The notes below the pieces were generated by a model. The model saw only the letters and a program-made list of their open reading frames with translations. It was not told where the DNA came from and ran no database searches. Made by a program: the position numbers and the translations under genes. Below are positions 1-9,688 of a stretch of 32,000 nt of DNA, piece after piece. How positions within the stretch are numbered: position 1 is the stretch's first letter; the number at the start of each line of letters is the position of its first letter. Origin of the DNA: Dickeya solani IPO 2222. Lineage in GTDB: Bacteria; Pseudomonadota; Gammaproteobacteria; Enterobacterales; Enterobacteriaceae. The stretch covers positions 4,500,001 to 4,532,000 of the forward strand of contig NZ_CP015137.1 in NCBI RefSeq assembly GCF_001644705.1, written 5' to 3'.

Positions 1-100
1 AAAACAACCCGATGATTAGCAGCAAACCTGAAAGAAAACTCAGGCGGTACTGACGCAGTCTGCCCAGAAAACCGGAGCGTGACGGGGCGGATGTTGACAT
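1..100 (-). CDS. 5' end of an unidentified CDS running off the left edge (MSTSAPSRSGFLGRLRQYRLSFLSGLLLIIGLF...), probably a membrane protein
   Basis: Hand translation of the minus strand. ATG at 100..98 with GAGAG about 11 nt upstream, and the frame stays open to the window edge. An Arg-rich N-terminus is followed by a hydrophobic stretch. Too short for the ORF track. Confidence 0.3.
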   Translation of the reverse strand, partial: MSTSAPSRSGFLGRLRQYRLSFLSGLLLIIGLF

Positions 101-229
101 GACAATCGACTCTCTAAAGATAAATTGTCGCCAACATAACATCATTAAATGACTAAAATATTTCAGATATTTAAGAGGGAAACGGAGGTTATGTTTGGTG
201 AAAATACCATGACCTCCATCAATTTTGGA

Positions 230-526
230 TTAAAATGCTTTTTTGAACGGCTTGATGCTGACAGACTCGTAGACACCGGCGGCGACATAGGGATCTTCGT
301 TTGCCCAATGGCGAGCGTCTTCCAGCGACGGAAACTCGGCAATCACCGTTGAGCCGGTAAATCCGGCGGCGCCCGGGTCTTCACTGTCGATGGCCGGCAG
401 TGGGCCAGCGGTTAACAGACGTCCTTGATCCCGCAGTGTTTGCAGGCGGGCGAGATGAGCGGGGCGGGCGGCCAGGCGTTTTTCCAGCGAGCCGGGCACA
501 TCGGTGGCATAAATCACATACAGCAT
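230..526 (-). CDS. yciI: YciI-like protein (98 aa)
   Basis: 98-aa ORF, the same length as E. coli YciI and in the same position divergent from tonB. The MLYVIY...[12 protein letters not shown]... pattern is typical of the YciI family. Confidence 0.9.
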   Translation of the reverse strand: MLYVIYATDVPGSLEKRLAARPAHLARLQTLRDQGRLLTAGPLPAIDSEDPGAAGFTGSTVIAEFPSLEDARHWANEDPYVAAGVYESVSIKPFKKAF

Positions 527-680
527 GGTAAACCTCGGTCTGTCAGACCATTATGAGACGGAACCGTCATCATACTCGATGATACCGACAGGACAATCCT
601 TGTTACCGTCAGTCCGGTCGTGCGGCACGAAAACTGATGCGGATTGGAACGCCCCATACGGGAATTGATCGGCTTCTATT

Positions 681-699
681 GAATATGATTGTCATTTGC
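681..699 (+). promoter_or_regulatory. Fur box in the tonB promoter
   Basis: GAATATGATTGTCATTTGC matches 13/19 positions of the Fur consensus GATAATGATAATCATTATC. It is nearly identical to the E. coli tonB promoter stretch TGAATATGATTGCTATTTGCATTTAAA as I recall it. It lies about 40 nt upstream of the tonB ATG. Confidence 0.75.
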
Positions 700-735
700 A
701 TTTAAACTTGCGCGGTGAGAGGACATCATATAACT

Positions 736-1476
736 ATGCCGCAGAAAACATTTTTCCTGACCCGCCGATATTCATGGCCTATGCTGGTTTCCGTGGGTTT
801 TCATGGGTCATTGATTGCAGGGTTGCTGTTTGCTTCATTTAATACATCAGTCAAGCTGCCGTCGACGCCACAGCCGATCCAGGTAATGATGGTCAATACC
901 GCACCGGAGGAAGCTGCACCTGCTCCGGCGGCAGCGCCCCAGCCAGAACCGGAAAAAGTGCCGGAACCTGAGCCGGAGGTCCAGCCAGAACCGCCGCCGT
1001 TGCCAAAACCGGTTCCTGTCCCGCTGCCGGAGCCTAAGCCCCAGCCCAAACCTAAGCCGAAACCCAAACCGGTGAAAAAGGTAGAGCAACCGAAGGAAAC
1101 GCCGCGTGAAACCGCGCCGCAGCCGACGGCGACGCCGTCGACCAGCCAGACAGTCAGCCGTAACGCGGCACCGGTCAGTCAGGCGCCAGTTGCCAGCGCT
1201 CAGCCCTCGGGGCCGAGACCGTTGAGCCGGGCCCAGCCGGAATACCCCGCTCGGGCGTTCGCCTTGCGCATCGAAGGCCGGGTTAAGGTACAGTTTGATG
1301 TCGATGAATCAGGACGGGTGGATAATGTCCGTGTGCTGTCGGCTGAACCTAAGAATATGTTTGAGCGGGATATCAAGCAGGCCATGCGTAAATGGCGTTA
1401 TGAAGAGAGCAAACCGGGGAAAGATCTGGTGGTGACGATCATCTTCAGAATCAATGGCGGCGCAGCGATGGAGTAA
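736..1476 (+). CDS. tonB: TonB energy transducer
   Basis: N-terminal TM anchor, Pro-rich (EP)n/(KP)n spacer, and C-terminal ...[54 protein letters not shown]..., which aligns by eye with E. coli TonB. I prefer the ATG at 736 over the GTG at 715 listed in the ORF track. Confidence 0.95.
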   Translation: MPQKTFFLTRRYSWPMLVSVGFHGSLIAGLLFASFNTSVKLPSTPQPIQVMMVNTAPEEAAPAPAAAPQPEPEKVPEPEPEVQPEPPPLPKPVPVPLPEPKPQPKPKPKPKPVKKVEQPKETPRETAPQPTATPSTSQTVSRNAAPVSQAPVASAQPSGPRPLSRAQPEYPARAFALRIEGRVKVQFDVDESGRVDNVRVLSAEPKNMFERDIKQAMRKWRYEESKPGKDLVVTIIFRINGGAAME

Positions 1477-1498
1477 GTCCTAGCCGGTTGACGTTGAA

Positions 1499-1533
1499 CA
1501 ATTAAGGCACCGCCAACGGTGCCTTAATTGTTT
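1499..1533. terminator. Bidirectional hairpin terminator between tonB (+) and yciA (-)
   Basis: CAATTAAGGCACCG-ccaa-CGGTGCCTTAATTG forms a 14-bp perfect stem with a 4-nt loop, followed by TTTGTG. An equivalent shared tonB/yciA(P14) terminator is known in E. coli. Confidence 0.8.
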
Positions 1534-1580
1534 GTGATTATTAATTGTTTATGGTTATTAATTGTTTATGGTTATTGTTC
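1521..1580. repeat. 17-bp tandem repeat, about 3.5 copies (unit TTATTAATTGTTTATGG)
   Basis: Two perfect copies at 1538..1554 and 1555..1571. A degenerate copy at 1521..1537 overlaps the terminator's right arm. A partial copy at 1572..1580 contains the yciA stop codon. Confidence 0.85.
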
Positions 1581-1994
1581 AGGCTCGAAGTGGCTTTTCC
1601 CTTCCGGCAATTCGCGCGGTCGGCCGTCTTCGTCCACGGCAACGTAAGTAAACAGCGCTTCGGTAGCGCGGTAGCGTTGGCCGATAGGGTCAGTCGACAC
1701 CTTTTTCACCCACACTTCCACATTAATGGTCATCGAACTGCGGCCGGTACGAATGCACCGGGCATAGCAGCACACCACATCGCCGACGGCGACAGGTTTG
1801 AGAAACGTCATGCCGTCAACCCGAACGGTGACGACGCGACCTTCTGCAATCTCTTTTGCCTGGATGGCGCCGCCGATATCCATCTGCGACATCAGCCAGC
1901 CGCCGAAGATATCGCCGTTGGCATTGGTGTCCGCCGGCATGGCCAGCGTGCGTAGCACCAGTTCGCCGTGAGGTAATGCGTCTTGTTTGCTCAT
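1572..1994 (-). CDS. yciA: Acyl-CoA thioesterase YciA
   Basis: 140-aa hotdog-fold thioesterase with ...LRTLAMPADTNANGDIFGGWLMSQMD.... Conserved position between tonB and yciB. Confidence 0.93.
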   Translation of the reverse strand: MSKQDALPHGELVLRTLAMPADTNANGDIFGGWLMSQMDIGGAIQAKEIAEGRVVTVRVDGMTFLKPVAVGDVVCCYARCIRTGRSSMTINVEVWVKKVSTDPIGQRYRATEALFTYVAVDEDGRPRELPEGKSHFEPEQ

Positions 1995-2045
1995 AGGGTC
2001 AACGAGTCCGCTTGTGAGTAGTCAATGTCAGTCTGTGTCGGGCGA

Positions 2046-2597
2046 TCATTTGTCGCTTTCGTTTTCCGTCTCAGCCGGCAGATGACGATAAATGTAAACG
2101 CCGCACAGCAATGTAAATACCAGAGTCAGGCCGGTGAGGCCAAATACTTTAAAGTCAACCCAAACGCTTTGCGGCAGCCAGAAAGCAATATAAATATTAG
2201 CCAGACCGCACAGCAGGAAAAATACCGCCCACGAAATATTCAGTTTTGCCCATACCATTTCCGGCAATGACAGTTCTTTGCCTAGCATGCGTTGAATCAG
2301 GGTTTTCTTCATCACAAACTGGCTGAACAGCAAGGCGATGGTGAACAGCGTATAAATAATGGTCACTTTCCATTTGATGAACTGGTCATTGTGGAATACC
2401 AGCGTCAGGGTGCCGAATACGGCAACCATCAGGAAAGTCAGCAGCATCATCTTTTCGATTTTGCGGTAAATAAACCAACTCAGCAGTAATGCCGCCGCCG
2501 TCGCAGCAATCAATGCCCCGGAGGCGACATAGATGTCATACAGTTTATAACAGACAAAGAAAACAATAAGAGGAATAAAATCAATCAGTTGCTTCAT
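2046..2597 (-). CDS. yciB: Inner-membrane protein YciB (intracellular septation protein A)
   Basis: 183-aa polytopic membrane protein starting [23 protein letters not shown]..., as in E. coli YciB. Synteny yciA-yciB-yciC. Confidence 0.93.
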   Translation of the reverse strand: MKQLIDFIPLIVFFVCYKLYDIYVASGALIAATAAALLLSWFIYRKIEKMMLLTFLMVAVFGTLTLVFHNDQFIKWKVTIIYTLFTIALLFSQFVMKKTLIQRMLGKELSLPEMVWAKLNISWAVFFLLCGLANIYIAFWLPQSVWVDFKVFGLTGLTLVFTLLCGVYIYRHLPAETENESDK

Positions 2598-2742
2598 TAT
2601 GTTAATCCGTCACTTACCCATGTGGGGTGGTGGTCCGCATGTATTAAAAGGGCCAGGCTATTTCTGAATTATTATCGCTGTTTGCGCCGTGCGATTCCCG
2701 ATTTATCGTAACAATTTGCAGAAAATTACGTTATGGCGGGTA

Positions 2743-2772
2743 GCAATAAAGGAGCAGCGCTGTTGCTGCTCC
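2743..2772 (-). terminator. Intrinsic terminator downstream of yciC
   Basis: Minus strand reads GGAGCAGC-aacagc-GCTGCTCC followed by TTTATTGCT. It lies 19 nt after the yciC stop. Confidence 0.65.
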
Positions 2773-2790
2773 GGAATAAGGCGTGTGAAT

Positions 2791-3543
2791 TCAGCTGCGC
2801 ACCAGCATATACAGGCGGAATACATAGACCAGCAGCATAGCGGAAAGCACGTTGCTGATGGCGTTCAGAATCACGGCCATGGCGGTAGGCGACACCATCG
2901 GTAACCGGGCAAGCAGCAACAACAGCGCGACTTTGACCAGCAGCCACAGTATGACGGCCGGCGCAGTCTGGCGAAAGTGGGCGAACGCCAGCTTGCTGCT
3001 GGCACGCATGGAGGCAACGATCCCGCATTTTTCGGTGACGGCGATCACCGGTGACAGGCTAAAGGCGATGGATAACAAGATTCCCGGGACCACGACCAAT
3101 AGCATGCCTAACTGGATCAACAGGGTGCAAACCAGTATCAGCAAAAACAGGCGGGGTAACAGCGGTGCCGAGGCGCCAATGGCGCGCAGAGCGCTGGTTT
3201 TATGACCTGCCGACACCAACTGGATCAGCATCAGGATGCCGCCGGTCAGCAGCGCGTTGCCCACCAGCGTGGCAAAAGTGCCGGCGGCGGAGGCTTTCAG
3301 CAGCACCATTTGTTGCTCGGGGGAAAGCTGCTGGATGATGTCGCTGATGCCAGGCTGCTCGATGGAGGACAGATCTACATTGCTGCTGCTGAGTAGTTGC
3401 AACTGATCGTTGCCGGGCGTGAAGATGTGCCCGAGGACGACGGTGATCAAGGACGTCAGCAGCGCCAGCATCAGGATGCTGAAAAACTGGTTACGCGTAA
3501 AATTCAAGGTGTCACGGTATAATCTGCTGGCCGTGATAGGCAT
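2791..3543 (-). CDS. yciC: UPF0259 family inner-membrane protein YciC
   Basis: 250-aa multi-TM protein ([19 protein letters not shown]...) in the conserved yciABC position. Confidence 0.88.
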   Translation of the reverse strand: MPITASRLYRDTLNFTRNQFFSILMLALLTSLITVVLGHIFTPGNDQLQLLSSSNVDLSSIEQPGISDIIQQLSPEQQMVLLKASAAGTFATLVGNALLTGGILMLIQLVSAGHKTSALRAIGASAPLLPRLFLLILVCTLLIQLGMLLVVVPGILLSIAFSLSPVIAVTEKCGIVASMRASSKLAFAHFRQTAPAVILWLLVKVALLLLLARLPMVSPTAMAVILNAISNVLSAMLLVYVFRLYMLVRS

Positions 3544-3661
3544 GAAAACTCCTTGGCAAAGGTTAACAATAGGGCTTTTAGCAAAAAATATTATCCAGCT
3601 ATTGTAACCCGTTCAGCTGTTCCGTGGCACCCCGGTGTGACGTTCTACTTTTTATTCTGAC

Positions 3662-4024
3662 TCATGAACACGGCAGCGGTAACCTGGCTGGGATCAGCGG
3701 TGGCAGGCCATAGGCCGCACGAGCCCGATCGCAAGCGTCATTGTGCTGACCATTCTCTCCCGATTGTACAAACTCATGGCAAGGTGTGGGCCGCTGAGCA
3801 TAGATACGGCAACTGACCGACTCACCGATGTTACCCTCCAGTGCGCCACAGCGAATCGGTTTTCTGTTGGTGCCGGCCATGCAACGCAGAAATGGCGTCA
3901 CCGGTTCCGTCAGCGCGGCGGGAACGGTACCTCCCCCGTCATCAGCTTCCGACCAGTAAAACGACACCCGAAAGTAACCGCAACAGGCGCCGCATTCCAT
4001 ACAGGGGTTGACGTTATCGCTCAT
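3662..4024 (-). CDS. YkgJ-family (UPF0153) Cys-cluster, putative Fe/Zn-binding protein
   Basis: 120 aa with an N-terminal CxxCxxCC motif ([11 protein letters not shown]) and further Cys residues (C..C, CHEF). Not present at this position in E. coli K-12. Confidence 0.75.
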   Translation of the reverse strand: MSDNVNPCMECGACCGYFRVSFYWSEADDGGGTVPAALTEPVTPFLRCMAGTNRKPIRCGALEGNIGESVSCRIYAQRPTPCHEFVQSGENGQHNDACDRARAAYGLPPLIPARLPLPCS

Positions 4025-4146
4025 AGTTGATTACCCACCGGCCTCAGTCGCGTTGAATCAATGGTGAAAAGAAGAATCTACGCCCGAACATCAGGTTGCG
4101 CAGCTCCTTTTTTGTACTGGTGCGTAATTTGCCTTTTTTGTGCTTT

Positions 4147-4160
4147 TTGATTTGAATCAA
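4147..4160. promoter_or_regulatory. FNR box (perfect TTGAT-N4-ATCAA) in the ykgJ-like/ompW divergent intergenic region
   Basis: TTGATTTGAATCAA read directly from the sequence. ompW is an FNR-activated gene in E. coli. A CATAAT -10-like hexamer lies at 4201..4206. Confidence 0.7.
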
Positions 4161-4305
4161 TTCTTTGTTTTTTATGGATTTGGCGTGATTTGATTGGTGA
4201 CATAATGCGGCAAAAATCCTGTCAGGATGTGATCTGGCTTCAAACAAATTTACCCCTTAGTGGGTATAGTTCGCCCGGATATTAACCTTATAAATGGAGT
4301 GGGTA

Positions 4306-4938
4306 ATGAAGAAGGTTTCTTTATTGATGATGGCAGCCGCGTTGATGCCGGCATTGGCACAGGCTCATCAGGCTGGCGATGTGATTGTTCGTACCGGAAC
4401 GGCGACGGTGCGCCCGGTTGAAAGCTCGGACAATGTGTTGGGGCTGGGTTCATTCAACGTAGATAACAATACCCAACTGGGACTGACCCTTGGCTATATG
4501 GTGACGGATAATATCGGCGTGGAACTGCTGGCGGCGACGCCGTTCCAGCACAAGGTCGGCGTAGGGAATGTCGGGCCGATCGCCGAAGTCAAACACCTGC
4601 CGCCGACGCTGATGGCGCAGTATTATTTTGGGCAGAGCACGGACAAGCTGCGTCCATATCTGGGTGTTGGCCTGAACTACACCATGTTTTTTGATGAGAA
4701 ATTTAACCAGACAGGTAAAGATGCCGGGTTGAGCGACCTGAGCCTGAAAAACTCCTGGGGCGTTGCCGCGCAAGCCGGTCTGGATTACAACCTGAATAAA
4801 AATTGGCTGTTGAATATGTCGGTGTGGTGGATGGATATCGACACTACCGTGAAATTCAAGGCTGCCGGCCAGGATCAGAGCATCAAAACACGGCTGGATC
4901 CCTGGGTATTTATGTTTGGCTTCGGTTACAAATTCTGA
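4306..4938 (+). CDS. ompW: Outer membrane protein W
   Basis: Signal peptide MKKVSLLMMAAALMPALAQA/HQAGD, 8-strand beta-barrel pattern, C-terminal ...PWVFMFGFGYKF. GGAG lies 6 nt upstream of the ATG at 4306; the ORF-track start at 4294 is rejected. Confidence 0.95.
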   Translation: MKKVSLLMMAAALMPALAQAHQAGDVIVRTGTATVRPVESSDNVLGLGSFNVDNNTQLGLTLGYMVTDNIGVELLAATPFQHKVGVGNVGPIAEVKHLPPTLMAQYYFGQSTDKLRPYLGVGLNYTMFFDEKFNQTGKDAGLSDLSLKNSWGVAAQAGLDYNLNKNWLLNMSVWWMDIDTTVKFKAAGQDQSIKTRLDPWVFMFGFGYKF

Positions 4939-4963
4939 TAAACGAAGTAAAAAACAAAAAGAG

Positions 4964-4991
4964 AAGGCGGAACCGAAGTTCCGCCTTTTTT
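4964..4991. terminator. Bidirectional intrinsic terminator between ompW (+) and the KdgM-family porin gene (-)
   Basis: AAGGCGGAAC-cgaa-GTTCCGCCTT forms a 10-bp stem. It is followed by TTTTTT on the + strand and preceded by an A-rich run that serves the - strand. Confidence 0.85.
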
Positions 4992-5017
4992 ACGTCTGGT
5001 GATAACCGGGACGGGTA

Positions 5018-5743
5018 TCAGAAGTTGTACTGTACACCGACGCGGTAACGGGTCTGGCGTTCATCAGTCGTTTTGGATGGGCCTTCAACATTGGCAACCT
5101 GAATATACGGGGTCCAGTTTTTGTCAATCTTGTAAGCCAGCTTCACATCATGAGTGAGGTTGTCGTTATCATTGTCATAAATCAAACCAGTTGAACCTGC
5201 TTTGGTATTTTTGTTGTATTCCAGTTCGTATTCAACAGTGAAGTTGTCCAGGAACTTATAGCCCAGTACGCTGGTGATAGTATAGCCTTTCATGGTTGTA
5301 TCAGCGCCTGATGTGAGGATTTTATCATCCATACGCTGGTAGAAAGGACGGTAACGCAGAGTGTAGTAAAGGTTGTCGGTAAAGTTTATTCCACCTCTGA
5401 TATAAGGGCGGTATTTATTACCTGTGTTATCGGAAACCAGGTTGAAACCGGCTTCTGCATTAAACATTTTATTAAATTTATACAGATAGCTGGCAGTGAC
5501 TTCAGTGCCGTTGCTGACCTGCTCGTTGTAAGGTTTGTTTGGCGTATTATCATTGCCGGATTGCTTCCATTTCACTTCGGAAGACAAGCCGAACCCATTC
5601 TCAAAACGATGCGAAATCAGCAGGCGATCCTGATGATTTGCATTTTGCGTATCTTTCATTTCATGGCGATAGTCGAATGTGACCGCCATCGAACTCATGC
5701 TTACAACGGACGCTACCATCATCGTCAGAATTTTAAATTTCAT
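5018..5743 (-). CDS. KdgM-family oligogalacturonate-specific outer-membrane porin
   Basis: Signal peptide MKFKILTMMVASVVSMSSMA. The mature part (VTFDYRHEMKD...DRLLISHRFENGFGLSSEVKWKQS...TRYRVGVQYNF) aligns by eye along its whole length with Dickeya KdgM/KdgN. GAGG lies 9 nt upstream of the ATG at 5743. GC content is visibly lower than in neighbouring genes. Confidence 0.88.
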   Translation of the reverse strand: MKFKILTMMVASVVSMSSMAVTFDYRHEMKDTQNANHQDRLLISHRFENGFGLSSEVKWKQSGNDNTPNKPYNEQVSNGTEVTASYLYKFNKMFNAEAGFNLVSDNTGNKYRPYIRGGINFTDNLYYTLRYRPFYQRMDDKILTSGADTTMKGYTITSVLGYKFLDNFTVEYELEYNKNTKAGSTGLIYDNDNDNLTHDVKLAYKIDKNWTPYIQVANVEGPSKTTDERQTRYRVGVQYNF

Positions 5744-5864
5744 TGTTATCACCCTCATCAGAGATAATTATTTTTGAAGTTTTCGCAATGGTGTCTGATT
5801 CGACACAAGTTCAATTCTATTCATTATTATTTACAAATATGTGAGCAAGATCGGCAAATGGAAA

Positions 5865-5885
5865 AAATGAAAAGCCATTTCATTT
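5865..5885. promoter_or_regulatory. KdgR-like operator (box 1)
   Basis: AAATGAAAAGCCATTTCATTT. Both outer 8-nt arms are perfect relative to the KdgR consensus of about AAATGAAACAnTGTTTCATTT. It lies about 120 nt upstream of the porin ATG. Confidence 0.6.
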
Positions 5886-5929
5886 TGTGATTTGTACCTA
5901 TTTACATAGATATTAATATGTGTATGTGT

Positions 5930-5950
5930 AAATAAAACTGCATTTCAATA
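5930..5950. promoter_or_regulatory. KdgR-like operator (box 2, weaker)
   Basis: AAATAAAACTGCATTTCAATA keeps the AAATRAAA / TTTCA half-site pattern with a degenerate right arm. Confidence 0.4.
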
Positions 5951-6223
5951 AAATAAGAAATTATTTGATTCTATTTGAAATTAAATTTTACAAATTAAAA
6001 ATAATAATGATGATTGATGTATTGATTTTTTATTTTTGAAATATATTTTTCACATTCTGTTTTCTTCTTAATGAATTCATAATTATGAGTATATTTGTCA
6101 TTTTGTGACGTTACGCCGATTTATGAGAACAGGGTGATGAGCGTTCGAAGGGGGAGCAGAAAACAACCGCTCGTGGTGATAGCTGTTTGGGCCCCATAGT
6201 CGGCAGGGATGAGATGATTGACA

Positions 6224-6259
6224 ATAAAAACGCCATAAGCGGAATAACCGACTATGGCG
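6224..6259 (-). terminator. Probable intrinsic terminator of the trp operon
   Basis: Minus strand, 15 nt after the trpA stop: CGCCATA-(15 nt loop)-TATGGCG followed by TTTTTATTG. Confidence 0.5.
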
Positions 6260-6273
6260 GGGAAGCGGTGGGA

Positions 6274-7083
6274 TTAGCGTGCGTGGGTGGCGGCTTTCAT
6301 TGTGCTAACGAAATCGGTCAGTTTTGCCAGCATCACATCCGGCTGGGCATGGTGTTGCTCGATGATTTTGACAATAGCTGAGCCAGAAATAGCCCCGGCA
6401 GCGCCGGATTCCAGCGCTTTTTGCACCTGCACCGGCTCGGAAATGCCGAAACCAAGCAGCGGCGGAGCCGCGTGGTACTCCTGCAATTTTTCCAGTAGAT
6501 GGTGCAGCGGCAGCTGCGCGCGGGTTTCCGCGCCGGTTACGCCAGCCCGGGAGAGCAGGTAGGTATAGCCGCGACCGAAAGATGAAATTTCACGCAACAA
6601 ATCGTCGTTCGCATTCGGCGGGCAGATGAAGATTGGCGCGACGCCATGCTTCATCGCCGCAGCGCGAAACGGTGCCGATTCTTCCAGCGGTACGTCGGCT
6701 ACCAGCACCGAGTCAACGCCGGTTTCGGCGCAACGCTGGTAAAAGGCGTCGATACCATTGCTGAACACCAGATTGGCGTACATCAGCAAGCCGATCGGCA
6801 GGTCAGGGTATTTCTGACGGATGGTCGCCAGCATTTCAAAACAGTGGGCCGGGGTCACGCCGGCGGCGAATGCGCGCAACGTGGCGTTCTGAATGGTCGG
6901 ACCGTCCGCCAGCGGATCGGAGAACGGAATCCCCAGCTCCAGCGCGTCGGCACCCGCGGCGACCAGTGTGTCGATAATGCGCAACGAAAGCTCGGGGGAA
7001 GGGTCGCCCAGCGTGACAAACGGCACAAACGCCCCTTCCTGTTTTTCCGACAGCCGTTTAAACAAAGCGTGGTAGCGTTCCAT
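6274..7083 (-). CDS. trpA: Tryptophan synthase alpha chain
   Basis: [28 protein letters not shown]...[17 protein letters not shown]... is near-colinear with E. coli TrpA. The ATG at 7083 overlaps the trpB TGA (TGATG). The TTG start at 7086 in the ORF track is rejected. Confidence 0.97.
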   Translation of the reverse strand: MERYHALFKRLSEKQEGAFVPFVTLGDPSPELSLRIIDTLVAAGADALELGIPFSDPLADGPTIQNATLRAFAAGVTPAHCFEMLATIRQKYPDLPIGLLMYANLVFSNGIDAFYQRCAETGVDSVLVADVPLEESAPFRAAAMKHGVAPIFICPPNANDDLLREISSFGRGYTYLLSRAGVTGAETRAQLPLHHLLEKLQEYHAAPPLLGFGISEPVQVQKALESGAAGAISGSAIVKIIEQHHAQPDVMLAKLTDFVSTMKAATHAR

Positions 7084-8273
7084 CAAATATCTCCCCGGGA
7101 TTTCAGAATATCGTGAACGGTAAAAATGTCTTTATCGCCACGGCCGGACAGGTTGACCACCAGAATTTGCTCTTTTTCCGGTTCCGCTTTGATCATTTTC
7201 AGCGCATGGGCCAGCGCATGGGAGGATTCCAGCGCCGGGATGATCCCTTCGTGACGCGACAATTCCCGGAATGCGTTCAGCGCTTCATCGTCGGTGATCG
7301 ACACATAATCCGCCCGCCCGATGCTGCTCAGGTGCGCGTGCTGCGGCCCGACGGAGGGGAAATCCAGACCGGCCGAAATGGAGTACGACTCTTCGATCTG
7401 GCCGTCTTCGGTCTGCATCATCGGTGATTTCATACCGAAGTAGATGCCGACGCGGCCATGTTTCAGCGGTGCGCCGTGCTGCCCGGTTTCGATGCCCAGC
7501 CCGGCCGGTTCCACGCCGATCAACCGTACTGACGGCTCGTCAATGAAATCAGCGAACATGCCGATGGCGTTGGAGCCGCCGCCGACGCAGGCCAGCACCG
7601 CATCCGGCAGGCGACCTTCTTTTTCTTTCAGCTGGGCTTTAGTTTCCTCGCCGATCATGCGTTGAAATTCCCGCACGATGGTGGGGTAAGGGTGTGGACC
7701 GGCAGCGGTGCCCAGCAGGTAATGGGCGGTTTCATAGCTGCCCGACCAGTCGCGCAGCGCTTCGTTGCAAGCGTCTTTCAGGGTGGCGGAACCGCTGTGT
7801 ACCGGAATCACTTCCGCCCCCATCAACCGCATACGGAACACGTTCGGCGACTGGCGTTCCACGTCTTTGGCACCCATGTACACGCGGCATTTCAGCCCCA
7901 GCAGGGCACAGGCCAGTGCGGTGGCGACGCCATGTTGGCCAGCGCCGGTTTCGGCGATGATTTCAGTTTTACCCATGCGCCTGGCCAACAGCGCCTGCCC
8001 CAGTACCTGATTGGTCTTGTGCGCGCCGCCGTGCAGCAGATCTTCGCGTTTCAGATAGAGTTTGGTGCGGGTGCCGGCGGTCAGGTTTTTACACAGGGTC
8101 AGCGCTGTGGGCCGTCCGGCATAGTTCTTCAGCAGGTCGCTGAATTCAGCCTGAAACGCCGGGTCGCGCTGCGCGTTGACAAATGCCTCTTCCAACTGAT
8201 GCAGGGCCGGCATCAGGATCTGTGGTACGTACTGACCACCAAATTCACCAAAATAAGGATTAAGTAACGTCAT
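7083..8273 (-). CDS. trpB: Tryptophan synthase beta chain
   Basis: [24 protein letters not shown]...HGGAHKTNQ...: the PLP-lysine motif and the whole length match E. coli TrpB. Confidence 0.98.
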   Translation of the reverse strand: MTLLNPYFGEFGGQYVPQILMPALHQLEEAFVNAQRDPAFQAEFSDLLKNYAGRPTALTLCKNLTAGTRTKLYLKREDLLHGGAHKTNQVLGQALLARRMGKTEIIAETGAGQHGVATALACALLGLKCRVYMGAKDVERQSPNVFRMRLMGAEVIPVHSGSATLKDACNEALRDWSGSYETAHYLLGTAAGPHPYPTIVREFQRMIGEETKAQLKEKEGRLPDAVLACVGGGSNAIGMFADFIDEPSVRLIGVEPAGLGIETGQHGAPLKHGRVGIYFGMKSPMMQTEDGQIEESYSISAGLDFPSVGPQHAHLSSIGRADYVSITDDEALNAFRELSRHEGIIPALESSHALAHALKMIKAEPEKEQILVVNLSGRGDKDIFTVHDILKSRGDI

Positions 8274-8290
8274 AATCAGCCTTTATCTTG

Positions 8291-9688
8291 TTATTCATGA
8301 GAGGTATGGCGCGGTTGCGCCGTACGCAGCGTCCGGAATACCGCCGCGATTTTCTGCGGATCCTTGATGCCGGGTTGCGACTCCACGCCAGAGTTGAAAT
8401 CCAGCCCGGCGGCGCCGAGTTTCGCGGCCTGTGCTACGTTGTCCGGGCCGAGACCGCCGGCCAGCAGCACCTGTTGCAGTGATTGACCCCGCAGCAATGA
8501 CCAGTCGAACGACTGACCGCTGCCGCCCTGACCGTTGTCGAGCAGCACCCGGTCAACCTGCGCCAGCGCTAGCGGAGGCAGGGTGTCGCCGACGCTTTGC
8601 GCTTTCCAGATCTGGCAGGTCGCGGGCAGTTGTTCACGTAAGGCGGCGATGGCGGCTTCGTCTTCGTGGCCGTGTAACTGAACCGCTGCCAACTGGAGCG
8701 ACGACGCGGTTGCCACGATGTCGGCCAGCGGCGCGTCACGGAATACGCCGACATAACGCAAAGGCGCGCCCGCCATCACGGCACGTGCCTGTGACGTTGT
8801 CACGCAGCGCGGGGAGCTGGCGACAAAAATCAGCCCGCCGTACACCGCGCCGGCGCGAAAGGCGGCGGCGGCATCGTCGGGCCGGGTCAGCCCGCACACC
8901 TTGTTTTCTCCGAGGATGACCCGGCGTACCGCCAGCGTCAGATCGTGTTCTTCCATCAGCGAACTGCCGATAAGAAAGCCATTGGCGTACTGGCTCAGTT
9001 CCTGAATATGGGCGTGGCGGCTGATGCCGGATTCGCTGATCACCGTCACACCGGCGGGCAGACGCGGCGCCAGCGTGCGGGTACGGTTCAGATCGATAGA
9101 GAGATCGCGCAGGTCGCGGTTGTTGATGCCGACCACGCGCGCTTCCAGCGCGATAGCGCGTTCCAGTTCGGCTTCATTGCTGACTTCCGTCAGGATGCCC
9201 ATATTCAGACTGTGCGCTACCTGCGCCAGCCGGCGATACTGTTCATCATCCAGCACCGACAGCATCAGCAAAATCGCATCGGCCTGGTAGTAACGGGCCA
9301 GATAGATCTGGTACGGGTCGATGATGAAATCCTTGCACAGCACCGGCTGGGCCACCGCTGCGCTGACCTGGGTCAGGAACGCAAAATCGCCCTGAAAATA
9401 TTTCTCATCGGTCAGTACCGAAATGGCGGACGCGTAATCCTGATAAACCTGCGCAATGGCGACCGGGTCGAAATCGGCGCGAATCAGTCCCTTGGAAGGC
9501 GAGGCTTTTTTACACTCCAGAATGAACGCCGGGGTGGCCTGTTTCAGCGACTGGTAGAAGTGGCGCGAGCTGGGCGTTACCTGTGATTGAAAGCTGTCGA
9601 GCGGCTGTCGTTGCTGCCGTTCGGCGATCCACTGCGCTTTGTCGCGCACAATTTTGGTTAATACGGTTTCCTGCATTTTCTTCATCAT
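8291..9688 (-). CDS. trpC: Bifunctional indole-3-glycerol-phosphate synthase / phosphoribosylanthranilate isomerase (TrpC-TrpF)
   Basis: ...[16 protein letters not shown]...KVCGLTR... is colinear with E. coli TrpC(F). The first ATG overlaps the trpD stop (ATGA). The true start could be 9685 or 9676 (MQETVL...). Confidence 0.95.
   Translation of the reverse strand: MMKKMQETVLTKIVRDKAQWIAERQQRQPLDSFQSQVTPSSRHFYQSLKQATPAFILECKKASPSKGLIRADFDPVAIAQVYQDYASAISVLTDEKYFQGDFAFLTQVSAAVAQPVLCKDFIIDPYQIYLARYYQADAILLMLSVLDDEQYRRLAQVAHSLNMGILTEVSNEAELERAIALEARVVGINNRDLRDLSIDLNRTRTLAPRLPAGVTVISESGISRHAHIQELSQYANGFLIGSSLMEEHDLTLAVRRVILGENKVCGLTRPDDAAAAFRAGAVYGGLIFVASSPRCVTTSQARAVMAGAPLRYVGVFRDAPLADIVATASSLQLAAVQLHGHEDEAAIAALREQLPATCQIWKAQSVGDTLPPLALAQVDRVLLDNGQGGSGQSFDWSLLRGQSLQQVLLAGGLGPDNVAQAAKLGAAGLDFNSGVESQPGIKDPQKIAAVFRTLRTAQPRHTSHE

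Noticed and set aside
149-352. 67-aa + strand ORF
   Set aside because: It overlaps yciI in antisense, and yciI is the supported frame.
801-1089. 88-aa and 80-aa - strand ORFs, and apparent DNA repeats in 940..1075
   Set aside because: They are produced by the repetitive CCG/GAA/AAA codons of the TonB Pro-Glu/Pro-Lys spacer. The repeat is explained by the protein.
4044-4247. 67-aa Lys-rich ORF in the ykgJ-like/ompW intergenic region
   Set aside because: It lies across the FNR box and the likely ompW promoter. Its composition reflects AT-rich non-coding DNA, and it has no Shine-Dalgarno sequence.
6195-6256. 9-bp inverted repeat CATAGTCGG ... CCGACTATG with a 44-nt spacer downstream of trpA
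   Set aside because: The loop is very large. The right arm is already used by the more plausible trp terminator hairpin (6231..6259). It is possibly an alternative fold, but I have no support for a function.
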